NCBI GenBank assembly: GCA_964411615.1
Contig: CAYPLO010000043.1
Coordinates: 1-14,537 of the forward strand
Reading direction: 5' to 3'
Length of the DNA stretch: 14,537 bases
From: an uncultured Aquificales bacterium
GTDB lineage: Bacteria; Thermosulfidibacterota; Thermosulfidibacteria; Thermosulfidibacterales; Thermosulfidibacteraceae
How positions within the stretch are numbered: the stretch's first letter is position 1; each line of letters starts with the position of its first letter. The notes beneath the pieces are model-generated. The model saw only the letters and a list, made by a program, of their open reading frames with translations. It searched no databases and had not been told where the DNA came from. Made by a program: the position numbers and the translations under genes. This document shows positions 7,801-14,537 of this stretch, piece after piece.

Positions 7801-8521
7801 CATAGTGGTTGAGGGGCTTGAGTGCAGAAGGGGTGATTTCATCCTCACGGTGGATAGGCTCTCCATCTCTTGCGGCGAGAAGGTGGCGGTTCTGGGGGAG
7901 AACGGCTCGGGAAAGACCACTTTTCTTCTTGCCCTGGCAGGCATGCTCAGGTGCAGGGGTGATGTCCTCTATAACGGGGTGAGGGTGCGGGATATGACGC
8001 TGAAGGAACGGGCAAGGCTCATCTCCTATATGCCCCAGCATCCTGAGGTCTCCTTCGCATACACCGTATTTGAGGTGGTTCTCATGGGAAGATACCCGTG
8101 GTTCAGGGGTGGATTCCCCGGCCCTGTGGATGAGGAGGCCACCAGGGATGTTTTGGCGAGGTTCGGGCTTGGGCACCTTTCCGGCAGGAGGTTCCAGACC
8201 CTCTCCGGGGGTGAGAGGAGGAGGGTTCTCTTTGCAAGGGTGGTCAATCAGGGGGCTAAGGTCATGCTGCTTGATGAGCCCACCGACATGATGGATGTGA
8301 GGGGTGCCCTTGAGGTGATGGACTACATAAAGGGGTTCGGCGGCACGGTGGTGGCTGTGCTTCACGATGTCAATCTTGCCCTGAGGTATTTCGGAAAGGC
8401 CATACTGATGAGGGATGGGAGGGTGGTGTATTATGGAGATACAGGAGAGGTTGATGATAAGATTCTCGCTGATATTTACGGTGTTGGCTTTTCTCTGGGT
8501 ATGGCCTACCTGCCGGGCTGA
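7787..8521 (+). CDS. Iron-chelate/cobalamin ABC importer ATP-binding protein (FecE/BtuD family)
   Basis: Walker A GENGSGKT, Q-loop SYMPQ, VLMGRYPW, signature LSGGE, Walker B LLDEPT, H-loop VLHDVNLA. Confidence 0.92.
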   Translation: MAGVDIVVEGLECRRGDFILTVDRLSISCGEKVAVLGENGSGKTTFLLALAGMLRCRGDVLYNGVRVRDMTLKERARLISYMPQHPEVSFAYTVFEVVLMGRYPWFRGGFPGPVDEEATRDVLARFGLGHLSGRRFQTLSGGERRRVLFARVVNQGAKVMLLDEPTDMMDVRGALEVMDYIKGFGGTVVAVLHDVNLALRYFGKAILMRDGRVVYYGDTGEVDDKILADIYGVGFSLGMAYLPG

Positions 8522-9257
8522 GACCTTAAGGATTGTGGTCCTATCTCCTGCCGCTGCTGGGGTTATACATGCCCTGGGGGCGGATGGTCTCGTTGTGGGA
8601 AAGACCCGCAGCATAAGGCTCTTTCCCCACGCAACCGTTGTGGGGACCCACATAAGGCCCAACCCTGAGCTTGTTGCCGCCTGCCGTCCTCAGCTGATAG
8701 TAGCCACATCTGAAAAGTTCTTCTCTCGGGCCATGGCCGAAAGGCTCGGTGCCAGATTCTACCTGTATGACCCCAGAACCCTTGAGGAGGTGCTGGAAAG
8801 CATAAAGGAGCTTGGCAGGATTTTGGACAGGGAGAGGGAGGCAGAGGAGCTGGTTAAGAGGCTTAAGGATAAACTTGGCAGGGTTGTGCCTCCAAGGGTT
8901 AAACCCAGGGTGGTCTATGAGGTTATGCAGAGGCCCTACATGGTGGCGGGAAAGAGAAGTATAGTGGCGGACATTGTTGAGAGGGCAGGAGGAATCTATG
9001 TGGTTGATGCTCCTAAGAAGCTTGTGAGGACTTCCTGCGAGAGGGTAAGGATGCTGAGGCCCCAGATATACATCTATCAGGTGGGTCCCATGAACAGGAA
9101 TCCGAGTCCGCCTTCTGAAAGGCCCTGCTTCAGGGGATTGAAGATGGAGGTTGTGAGGGTGGATGAGCTGAAGTTCTCAAGGGCAGGGGTGGAGAGTTTT
9201 GACAGGGTTCTTGAGCTCAACAGGCTCTTTGTGAGGTGGGCAGGTGGTAAAAGGTAA
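8454..9257 (+). CDS. Periplasmic substrate-binding protein (BtuF/FecB helical-backbone family)
   Basis: ATG 8454 is preferred (SD AGGAG at 8443-8447, signal peptide MIRFSLIFTVLAFLWVWPTCRA). Motifs RIVVLSPAA, LVVG, VGTHIRPNPELV, LGRILDRE..AEEL, DIVERAGG. Confidence 0.87.
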   Translation: MIRFSLIFTVLAFLWVWPTCRAETLRIVVLSPAAAGVIHALGADGLVVGKTRSIRLFPHATVVGTHIRPNPELVAACRPQLIVATSEKFFSRAMAERLGARFYLYDPRTLEEVLESIKELGRILDREREAEELVKRLKDKLGRVVPPRVKPRVVYEVMQRPYMVAGKRSIVADIVERAGGIYVVDAPKKLVRTSCERVRMLRPQIYIYQVGPMNRNPSPPSERPCFRGLKMEVVRVDELKFSRAGVESFDRVLELNRLFVRWAGGKR

Positions 9258-9978
9258 GGTTTACATTGTTGGAGCAGGTCCCGGGGACCCTGAGCTGATA
9301 ACCCTCAAGGCGGTGAGGATTCTCAGAATGGCCCAGGTGGTTCTGTACGACAGGCTTATTCCCATGGAGGTTCTGGACTACGCTCCGGGAAGCGCTGAGA
9401 AGATATTTGTGGGAAAAAGGTGCGGAAGGCATCCCATACCTCAGGAGAGGATAAACGCCATCATGGTGGAGAAGGCCCTTGAGGGGAAGGTGGTGGTGAG
9501 GCTTAAGGGCGGGGACCCTGCCATCTTCGGCAGGCTGGCGGAGGAGATAAAGGCTTTGAGGGAGCACGGTATACCCTTTGAGATTGTGCCTGGAGTTACC
9601 GCCGCCTCTGCAGCTGCTGCATCCCTTGGAATATCACTAACCCACAGGGACTGTGCCTCTGTGGTCTCTTTCATAACGGGGCACAGAAAAGGAGGACAGC
9701 CGCTGGATTTGCCCTTTGAGCATCTTGCGGCCCTTGGCGGAACCATAGTGGTCTACATGGGCCTGTCAACAGCTCCGGAGATAGCCAGAAAACTGATTGA
9801 CGCAGGCATGCCATCGGATACGCCTGTTGCGGTGGTGTCAAGTGCCGCCACAGCGGAGGAGAGAAAGATGTTTCTTTCGCTTGGACAGGTTATGGGGGAA
9901 ATTCTTTCACATTTTTCTCCTCCCTCTGTTATATTTATAGGACCGTCTGTAAAAAATTGTTCCGGAGGAGATGTATGA
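9244..9978 (+). CDS. cobA: Uroporphyrinogen-III C-methyltransferase (SUMT; CobA/CysG-A type)
   Basis: [71 protein letters not shown]. Confidence 0.95.
   Translation: MVKGKVYIVGAGPGDPELITLKAVRILRMAQVVLYDRLIPMEVLDYAPGSAEKIFVGKRCGRHPIPQERINAIMVEKALEGKVVVRLKGGDPAIFGRLAEEIKALREHGIPFEIVPGVTAASAAAASLGISLTHRDCASVVSFITGHRKGGQPLDLPFEHLAALGGTIVVYMGLSTAPEIARKLIDAGMPSDTPVAVVSSAATAEERKMFLSLGQVMGEILSHFSPPSVIFIGPSVKNCSGGDV
9906..9935 (+). promoter_or_regulatory. Possible internal promoter in the 3' end of cobA driving the acyl-CoA synthetase gene
   Basis: TTCACA (9906-9911), 18-nt spacer, TG-n-TATATT (9927-9935), in a locally AT-rich stretch. Confidence 0.4.
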
Positions 9979-12035
9979 AGAGCTTCTTCAAGCCTGAATC
10001 TATAGCCGTTGTTGGGGCCACTGCTTCTGAGAAGAAGGTGGGTTATGCGGTCCTGAGGAATATTCTGAGGTGCGGGTACAGGGGGCGCATTTATCCTGTG
10101 AATCCCCGCAGGAGGGAGATTCTGGGTCTCAGGGTTTACAACAGCCTGAAGGAGCTCCCTGAGGTTCCTGAGCTTGCGGTGCTTGTGGTTCCCCCTGCCG
10201 CCTGTGTGGAGGCCGTTGGTGAGCTGGCTAAAGCTGGAACGAAAGCCTTTCTGGTGATTTCGGCGGGGTTCAAGGAGACGGGCGAGGAGGGGGCGGAGCT
10301 TGAGAGAAGGCTTGTGGAGCTTGCCAGAAGCTACGGTGCAAGGGTTGTGGGTCCCAACTGTCTGGGGGTGATGGATACCCACACCCCTTTGAACGCCACC
10401 TTTGCCACGGTTATGCCTCCTAAGGGGAACGTGGCGGTGGTCTCCCAGTCGGGTGCTCTGCTTTCCGCCTTCTTTGACTGGTCCATTGAGGAGGGGGTTG
10501 GGTTCTCCAAGGTGGTGAGCCTTGGAAATCAGGCGGATGTGGAGCTCGCGGATGTGGTGGAGTATCTGGCCGAGGACCGGGAGACGGAAGTCATCCTTGC
10601 CTATCTTGAAGGTGCCAGGGATGGAAGGCGATTGATTGAGGCTCTGAAGAAGGCATCCCTCAATAAGCCCGTTCTGGTACTCAAGGTGGGGAGAACCGGA
10701 GCCGGCTCCAGGGCCTCCTCCTCACATACGGGCTCCATCACGGGGTCTGACGATGCGTATGCTGCCGCCTTCAGAAAGGCAGAGGCCATCAGGGTGGACA
10801 GCATGGAGGAGCTCTTTCTGGCGGCAAAGGTCTTCTCCTGCTACAGGCCTGTAAGGGTGGGCAATGTGGCGGTGCTGACCAACGCAGGTGGCCCTGGAAT
10901 AATGGTGGCAGACGCCGTTGAGAACTCCACTTTGAGTATGGCGGAGCTTTCTCCCAGAACCAAGGAGCTTCTCACCAGGGTTCTTCCCCCTGTGGCCTCT
11001 GTGGCCAACCCCGTTGATGTGATAGGAGATGCCGATGCTGCAAGGTACAGGGAGTCTCTCGGGATACTCCTTGAGGCTGAGGAGGTTGACTCTGTGATTG
11101 TTCTGCTCACCCCTCAGCTCATGACGGAGATAGCTGAGACCGCCAGGGCACTGGTCTCCCACAGGAACGGTAAGCCCGTAGTTGCCGCCTTCATGGGAGA
11201 AGACAGGGTTGCGGAGGGGGTTGAGATTCTCAGGGCTGGAGGTATTCCCAGCTACAGGTTCCCCGAGCACACGGTTTATGCCCTTGACATGATGAACCGG
11301 TATTTGGATGTGAGGGGTGGGTATTCGCTTGAGGGCGAGTTCACCTTTGATTTGGGAGATAGGGTCCAGGAACTGCTTGTGGAACATAAAAATTACGGTG
11401 CCCTTGACGAGTACCCCGCCAAAGGGCTGGTTAAGCTTGCCGGAATTCCTGTTCCCAGGGGAAGGCTTGTGAGGAGTGAGGATGAGGCCGTTTCAGCAGC
11501 TCAGGAGATGGGCTTTTCCGTGGTGATGAAGCTCTCATCGCCACAACTGCTTCACAAGACGGATGTGGGTGGCGTCAGGGTTGGTCTGAAGGGAGAGGAT
11601 GAGGTTCGCAGGGCCTTCAGGGAACTCGTGGATGTTGCTGCTTCTATTGGTGTAGAGGTTAGAGGGGTGCTTGTGGAGGAGATGGCCCCTGATGGGGTGG
11701 ACCTTATAGTTGGCTTTAAGAGGGATGCCACCTTCGGTCCCGTGGTGGTTGTGGGTCTGGGTGGCGTCTATGTGGAGATTCTGAAGGATGTGGCTTACGG
11801 TGTTGCCCCTCTGTCTGCAGAGGAGGCCCTTGATATGCTCAAAACTCTTAAGAGCTATCCCCTGCTTGAGGGTGCAAGGGGCGGGGTTAGGGTGAAGGTT
11901 GACGCTCTGGTTGAGGCTGTCTGCAGGTTCTCCCAGCTTGCTCTGGAGCTTGATGGCGTTTCTGAGGGTGAGATTAACCCCCTGAGGGCTACGGCAGAGG
12001 GGGTTGTGGCCCTTGATGCCAGGTTTGTCCTTTAG
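9975..12035 (+). CDS. Acyl-CoA synthetase (NDP-forming) / acetate--CoA ligase (ADP-forming), fused alpha-beta
   Basis: ATG 9975 (SD GGAGGAG, ATGA overlap with cobA); 686 aa. CoA-binding SIAVVGAT...YPVNP, ISAGFKE, GPNCLG, SQSGA, LGNQAD, phospho-His [22 protein letters not shown]-grasp [13 protein letters not shown]...ALDA. No GNAT domain. Confidence 0.92.
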   Translation: MKSFFKPESIAVVGATASEKKVGYAVLRNILRCGYRGRIYPVNPRRREILGLRVYNSLKELPEVPELAVLVVPPAACVEAVGELAKAGTKAFLVISAGFKETGEEGAELERRLVELARSYGARVVGPNCLGVMDTHTPLNATFATVMPPKGNVAVVSQSGALLSAFFDWSIEEGVGFSKVVSLGNQADVELADVVEYLAEDRETEVILAYLEGARDGRRLIEALKKASLNKPVLVLKVGRTGAGSRASSSHTGSITGSDDAYAAAFRKAEAIRVDSMEELFLAAKVFSCYRPVRVGNVAVLTNAGGPGIMVADAVENSTLSMAELSPRTKELLTRVLPPVASVANPVDVIGDADAARYRESLGILLEAEEVDSVIVLLTPQLMTEIAETARALVSHRNGKPVVAAFMGEDRVAEGVEILRAGGIPSYRFPEHTVYALDMMNRYLDVRGGYSLEGEFTFDLGDRVQELLVEHKNYGALDEYPAKGLVKLAGIPVPRGRLVRSEDEAVSAAQEMGFSVVMKLSSPQLLHKTDVGGVRVGLKGEDEVRRAFRELVDVAASIGVEVRGVLVEEMAPDGVDLIVGFKRDATFGPVVVVGLGGVYVEILKDVAYGVAPLSAEEALDMLKTLKSYPLLEGARGGVRVKVDALVEAVCRFSQLALELDGVSEGEINPLRATAEGVVALDARFVL

Positions 12036-12133
12036 TGGCGGAAGGGCATGGGAATCGAACCCACCGCGCCGCCCTCTCCGACGGCGCCACTGGATTTGAA
12101 GTCCAGGGAGGGCACCAGCCCTCTCGCCCTTCC
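12036..12133 (-). tRNA. selC: tRNA-Sec (anticodon UCA)
   Basis: 98 nt on the minus strand. 8-bp acceptor stem GGAAGGGC/GCCCTTCC, 6-bp D-stem GAGGGC/GCCCTC with loop TGGT, anticodon arm CTGGA-CTTCAAA-TCCAG, long variable arm GCGCCGTC/GGCGGCGC, T-arm GTGGG-TTCGATT-CCCAT, discriminator G and encoded CCA. This is the bacterial 8/5 fold. Confidence 0.97.
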
Positions 12134-12140
12134 GTGAGGG

Positions 12141-12169
12141 TTAATATACATCTGGGGGTGCCTTTTCAA
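12141..12169 (-). promoter_or_regulatory. Possible selC promoter overlapping the stop codon of the ArnT-family gene
   Basis: Minus strand: TTGAAA (12169-12164), then TATATT (15-nt spacer) or TATTAA (17-nt spacer), 7-9 nt before the mature tRNA 5' end. Confidence 0.4.
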
Positions 12170-13479
12170 GGTCTGATTATGCCCACTGCCAAGGGTGGGT
12201 CGTCTAAGGGTGAGGTTGTCCTCATCAGTATCAGAGCACCTGCCCCTTTCAGATGTCTGGGTTTTGCCACCAGAATGAGGCATCTCTTCTGGCCAAGCAG
12301 TCTTTTGAGTTCTCCTTTGTCCAGCCTGTCCATGCAGATGCCAGAGTGGTAGATTACCTCCGGGCTGAAGGTTCTATAAAAATAGGGACTACAGTAGGGA
12401 TGCCGAGCCACCAGCTCCCTCAACCTTTTTGCGATTACAGGCTTCTGCCGCATCCTGTCTGCTAAGGGCACCGCCATCCACTTCAGTATCAGAAGCAGAG
12501 CCATGGTGGCCACCACAACTTTTCTGAAATGGGGAGAGTCTTTGGCGTAGTGGCCCGTTATGATGGCTGCCGCCGGTACCGATGGTAGCAGGTAATGGGG
12601 CAGTTTTGTGCTGGCGGTCTGAAAGAAGACGAAGGTCCCCACCAGCCAGGTGAAGGCCAGTATCAGGTGCTCCTGGGGCCTTTCCCTGAGAAGCCTTGCC
12701 ATGGCCTTTGGGAGAAAGAGGCTGAGGGGGAAGTATATCCAGGGGGCGTTCAGTAGATAGTACCACCACTGGCCTGAGTGGTGGGAGACGCCGGTGGTGA
12801 ACCTCTTTACGTTGTGGAAGATGAAGAAGTCCTGCAGGAACCTTCCGCCGTATCTGTCCATCATCAGCAGGTACCAGGGCAGAGAGACCAGAAGAAGAAC
12901 AGCCAGTGCCCTCATCCATGGCACTTCTTTCCTCCTTTTGATGAGCAGGGGGAAGGTCGCTACGGCCGGGATTATGACACCGATGGGCCCCTTGGCAAGC
13001 ATGGCCAGTCCGGCCGCTATGGCCGAAAGAATGTATCTTCCCTCGTAAAAGGCTACAATGGATGCGGCTGTGAAGAGCATTAGGGGTGCGTCGGGCATGG
13101 CCACCGAGGACATGATGACAACTTCCAGGGTGGTGGTGAAGGAGAGTGAGGTCCAGAAGGCCACATCCTCGTCAAACTTTCTCAACCAGAGGAATAACAT
13201 AGCTGCGGTAAGGACCCCGCACAGGGAGACGAAGAGCCTTCCCGAGAACTCGTTCTCTCCCAGGAGGGTGTATCCTGCCCCTATGAGCCAGTAGGTGAGG
13301 GGAGGCTTGTCAAACCTGAGTTTGCAGTTGAATCTTGGGGTGAACAGGTCTCTGGAGGCAAGCATCTCCCTTGTGGCCTCCAAGTACTTTGGCTCGTCCC
13401 TGTCGAAGGTTCTGTACAGTCCGTTTGGCAGCACCAGCAGAAGCAGGGATACAACCACTATGGCTGTGAGCCTCTTCAT
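12166..13479 (-). CDS. ArnT-family (GT-C, lipid-phosphate-sugar-dependent) glycosyltransferase
   Basis: 437 aa, polytopic. ArnT-like motifs DRDEPKYLEATREM, RFDKPPLTYWL, GENEFSGRL, AMPDAPL, LAKGPIG, PWY, HNVKRF, TKLPHYLLP. Sugar donor and acceptor are unknown. Confidence 0.88.
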   Translation of the reverse strand: MKRLTAIVVVSLLLLVLPNGLYRTFDRDEPKYLEATREMLASRDLFTPRFNCKLRFDKPPLTYWLIGAGYTLLGENEFSGRLFVSLCGVLTAAMLFLWLRKFDEDVAFWTSLSFTTTLEVVIMSSVAMPDAPLMLFTAASIVAFYEGRYILSAIAAGLAMLAKGPIGVIIPAVATFPLLIKRRKEVPWMRALAVLLLVSLPWYLLMMDRYGGRFLQDFFIFHNVKRFTTGVSHHSGQWWYYLLNAPWIYFPLSLFLPKAMARLLRERPQEHLILAFTWLVGTFVFFQTASTKLPHYLLPSVPAAAIITGHYAKDSPHFRKVVVATMALLLILKWMAVPLADRMRQKPVIAKRLRELVARHPYCSPYFYRTFSPEVIYHSGICMDRLDKGELKRLLGQKRCLILVAKPRHLKGAGALILMRTTSPLDDPPLAVGIIRP

Positions 13480-13570
13480 GGTTGTCTCTATCTCTTTTTC
13501 GGAGGAGGGGGTTTCACAACGGAGGAAGGTTAATCTTTGTTAACCGTAGAGCCTCTACCTGTCCTCCCTC

Positions 13571-13581
13571 TGTGGTAGCCT
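13571..13581 (+). promoter_or_regulatory. Putative extended -10 promoter (leaderless) for the metallophosphoesterase
   Basis: TGTG-G-TAGCCT (13571-13581), followed 6 nt later by ATG 13588. No Shine-Dalgarno. Confidence 0.45.
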
Positions 13582-13587
13582 TAAAGT

Positions 13588-14537
13588 ATGAGGTGGCTCC
13601 TGTGGGTTCTGATTGTGGCGGCCCTTCTGGGTTTTTCTCTCAAGTACACCTTGAGGGTTGAGTGGAGGGTTATTGGGCCTTCTGAGCTCAACGGGCGCTC
13701 CTTAAGGAGGCTACAGCATGCAGGTGGCTCTGTCCGTGGAGGTTTCACCTTTGTCGTGATGGGGGACCCCAAAGACTCCTGGTTCGTATTCAGAAGGCTG
13801 CTCTCTGAGGCGGGCAGGTTCAGACCCCTCTTTGCGGTGATTCTGGGGGATATAACCGATGAGGGCAGTCTCCTTGAGTATGAGCTCTTCTACCACGTTG
13901 TATCTTCGGCCTCTTACCCTGTCTTTGTGATTCCGGGAAACCATGATAATCACAATGGTGGCAGGGACCTCTTTTACACCATGCTCGGCCCCTTCTACTA
14001 CTCCTTCAGTGTGGGCCAGGTGGGGATGGTCTTTCTGGATGCTTCTGACAAGAGGGGAATGCCCCTGTTTGAGAGAATCTGGCTGGAGAGGGTGCTGAGG
14101 GGGTTTTCGGGGTGCAGGTTCAGGTTTGTGTTCATGCACATTCCCCTATTTGACCCCAGAAGGGGCGGTATGCGTATGGGGCATAGTTTCAGGAACCTGG
14201 AGGTTGCCAGATGGCTGCTGAACACTTTTAAGGACCACAGGGTCAGTGCCGTTTTTGCCTCCCACATTCACAGCTTTTACAGCGGAATGTGGGAGAGTGT
14301 TCCCTTCTACATAACCGGAGGTGCGGGGGCTGAGGTTGGTGGTAAGAATCCCCACCTTCTGGTCGTTCGCGTGGGGAGGGATGGTTTTGAGGTGAAGTAT
14401 GTTCGTGTTGCTGTGGGTAGGCTGGAGGTTTACGGGGATACCATTCTCAGGGAGGTTGTTGTGCCTGTGGTTCGCCGTCTGGTTGACGGTCTGGGTTGGG
14501 TCTTTGGGGTTCTGCTCGGCTGTCTCTTCTCTTTGAG
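13588..14537 (+). CDS. Membrane-anchored calcineurin-like metallophosphoesterase; continues past the right edge
   Basis: Not in the ORF track because it has no stop in the window. Manual translation from ATG 13588: MRWLLWVLIVAALLGF (TM)...FVVMGDPK...AVILGDIT...VIPGNHD...VFMHIP...FASHIH...ITGGAG, with a second hydrophobic stretch at the window edge. Confidence 0.9.
   Translation, partial: MRWLLWVLIVAALLGFSLKYTLRVEWRVIGPSELNGRSLRRLQHAGGSVRGGFTFVVMGDPKDSWFVFRRLLSEAGRFRPLFAVILGDITDEGSLLEYELFYHVVSSASYPVFVIPGNHDNHNGGRDLFYTMLGPFYYSFSVGQVGMVFLDASDKRGMPLFERIWLERVLRGFSGCRFRFVFMHIPLFDPRRGGMRMGHSFRNLEVARWLLNTFKDHRVSAVFASHIHSFYSGMWESVPFYITGGAGAEVGGKNPHLLVVRVGRDGFEVKYVRVAVGRLEVYGDTILREVVVPVVRRLVDGLGWVFGVLLGCLFSL

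Noticed and set aside
4231..8662. Long minus-strand ORFs (4231-4818, 4289-5449, 5268-5999, 7772-8662)
   Set aside because: They lie antisense to well-supported cbiK and ABC genes and have no recognisable motifs; such shadow ORFs are common.
2916..12035. Hidden selenoproteins (in-frame UGA) in the operon
   Set aside because: All the proteins are full length for their families and have no internal UGA. Their UGA stops mostly overlap the next start codon, which is explained by translational coupling.
12036..12060. Genomic island integrated at the selC 3' end
   Set aside because: No integrase, no duplicated tRNA 3' fragment seen in the window, and no obvious composition shift in the adjacent gene.
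12032..12352. ORFs 12032-12283 (-) and 12035-12352 (+)
   Set aside because: They overlap tRNA-Sec and the ArnT-like gene and are spurious.
9918..13573. Identical 12-mer TCCTCCCTCTGT at 9918-9929 and 13562-13573, both upstream of putative -10 boxes
   Set aside because: A 12-mer match is expected by chance in a window this size, the register relative to the -10 differs by 2 nt, and one copy is constrained by coding.
13581..14355. Minus-strand ORFs in the track over the right end
   Set aside because: The real gene is the plus-strand metallophosphoesterase from 13588, which has all the family motifs.
1..14537. CRISPR array, IS element or prophage
   Set aside because: No regularly spaced repeats, terminal inverted repeats, transposase, integrase or phage genes were seen.

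Overview
Bacterial (diderm, probably thermophilic) chromosomal region. From left to right it holds: the 5' end of an AAA-ATPase-like gene (minus strand, runs off the left edge); a tRNA-dihydrouridine synthase (minus); and a divergent CHASE4/HAMP/GGDEF diguanylate cyclase. Next is a cobalamin riboswitch with a clear terminator/antiterminator platform. It heads a tightly overlapping operon: acidic OprB-like porin, signal-peptide-bearing CbiK cobaltochelatase, ABC-2 exporter pair, BtuCD/F-like (FecCD/E/B) importer and cobA. After that come an ADP-forming acyl-CoA synthetase, tRNA-Sec (selC) on the minus strand, an ArnT-family glycosyltransferase (minus) and a divergent membrane-anchored metallophosphoesterase that runs off the right edge. 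The most interesting signal is the operon's composition. It could encode a tetrapyrrole export, periplasmic cobalt chelation and re-import loop with a TonB-independent porin; this is inference and untested. Also notable: the riboswitch appears to lack P2, and several promoters abut start codons, suggesting leaderless mRNAs. All calls come from motif recognition by eye; no database searches were run.
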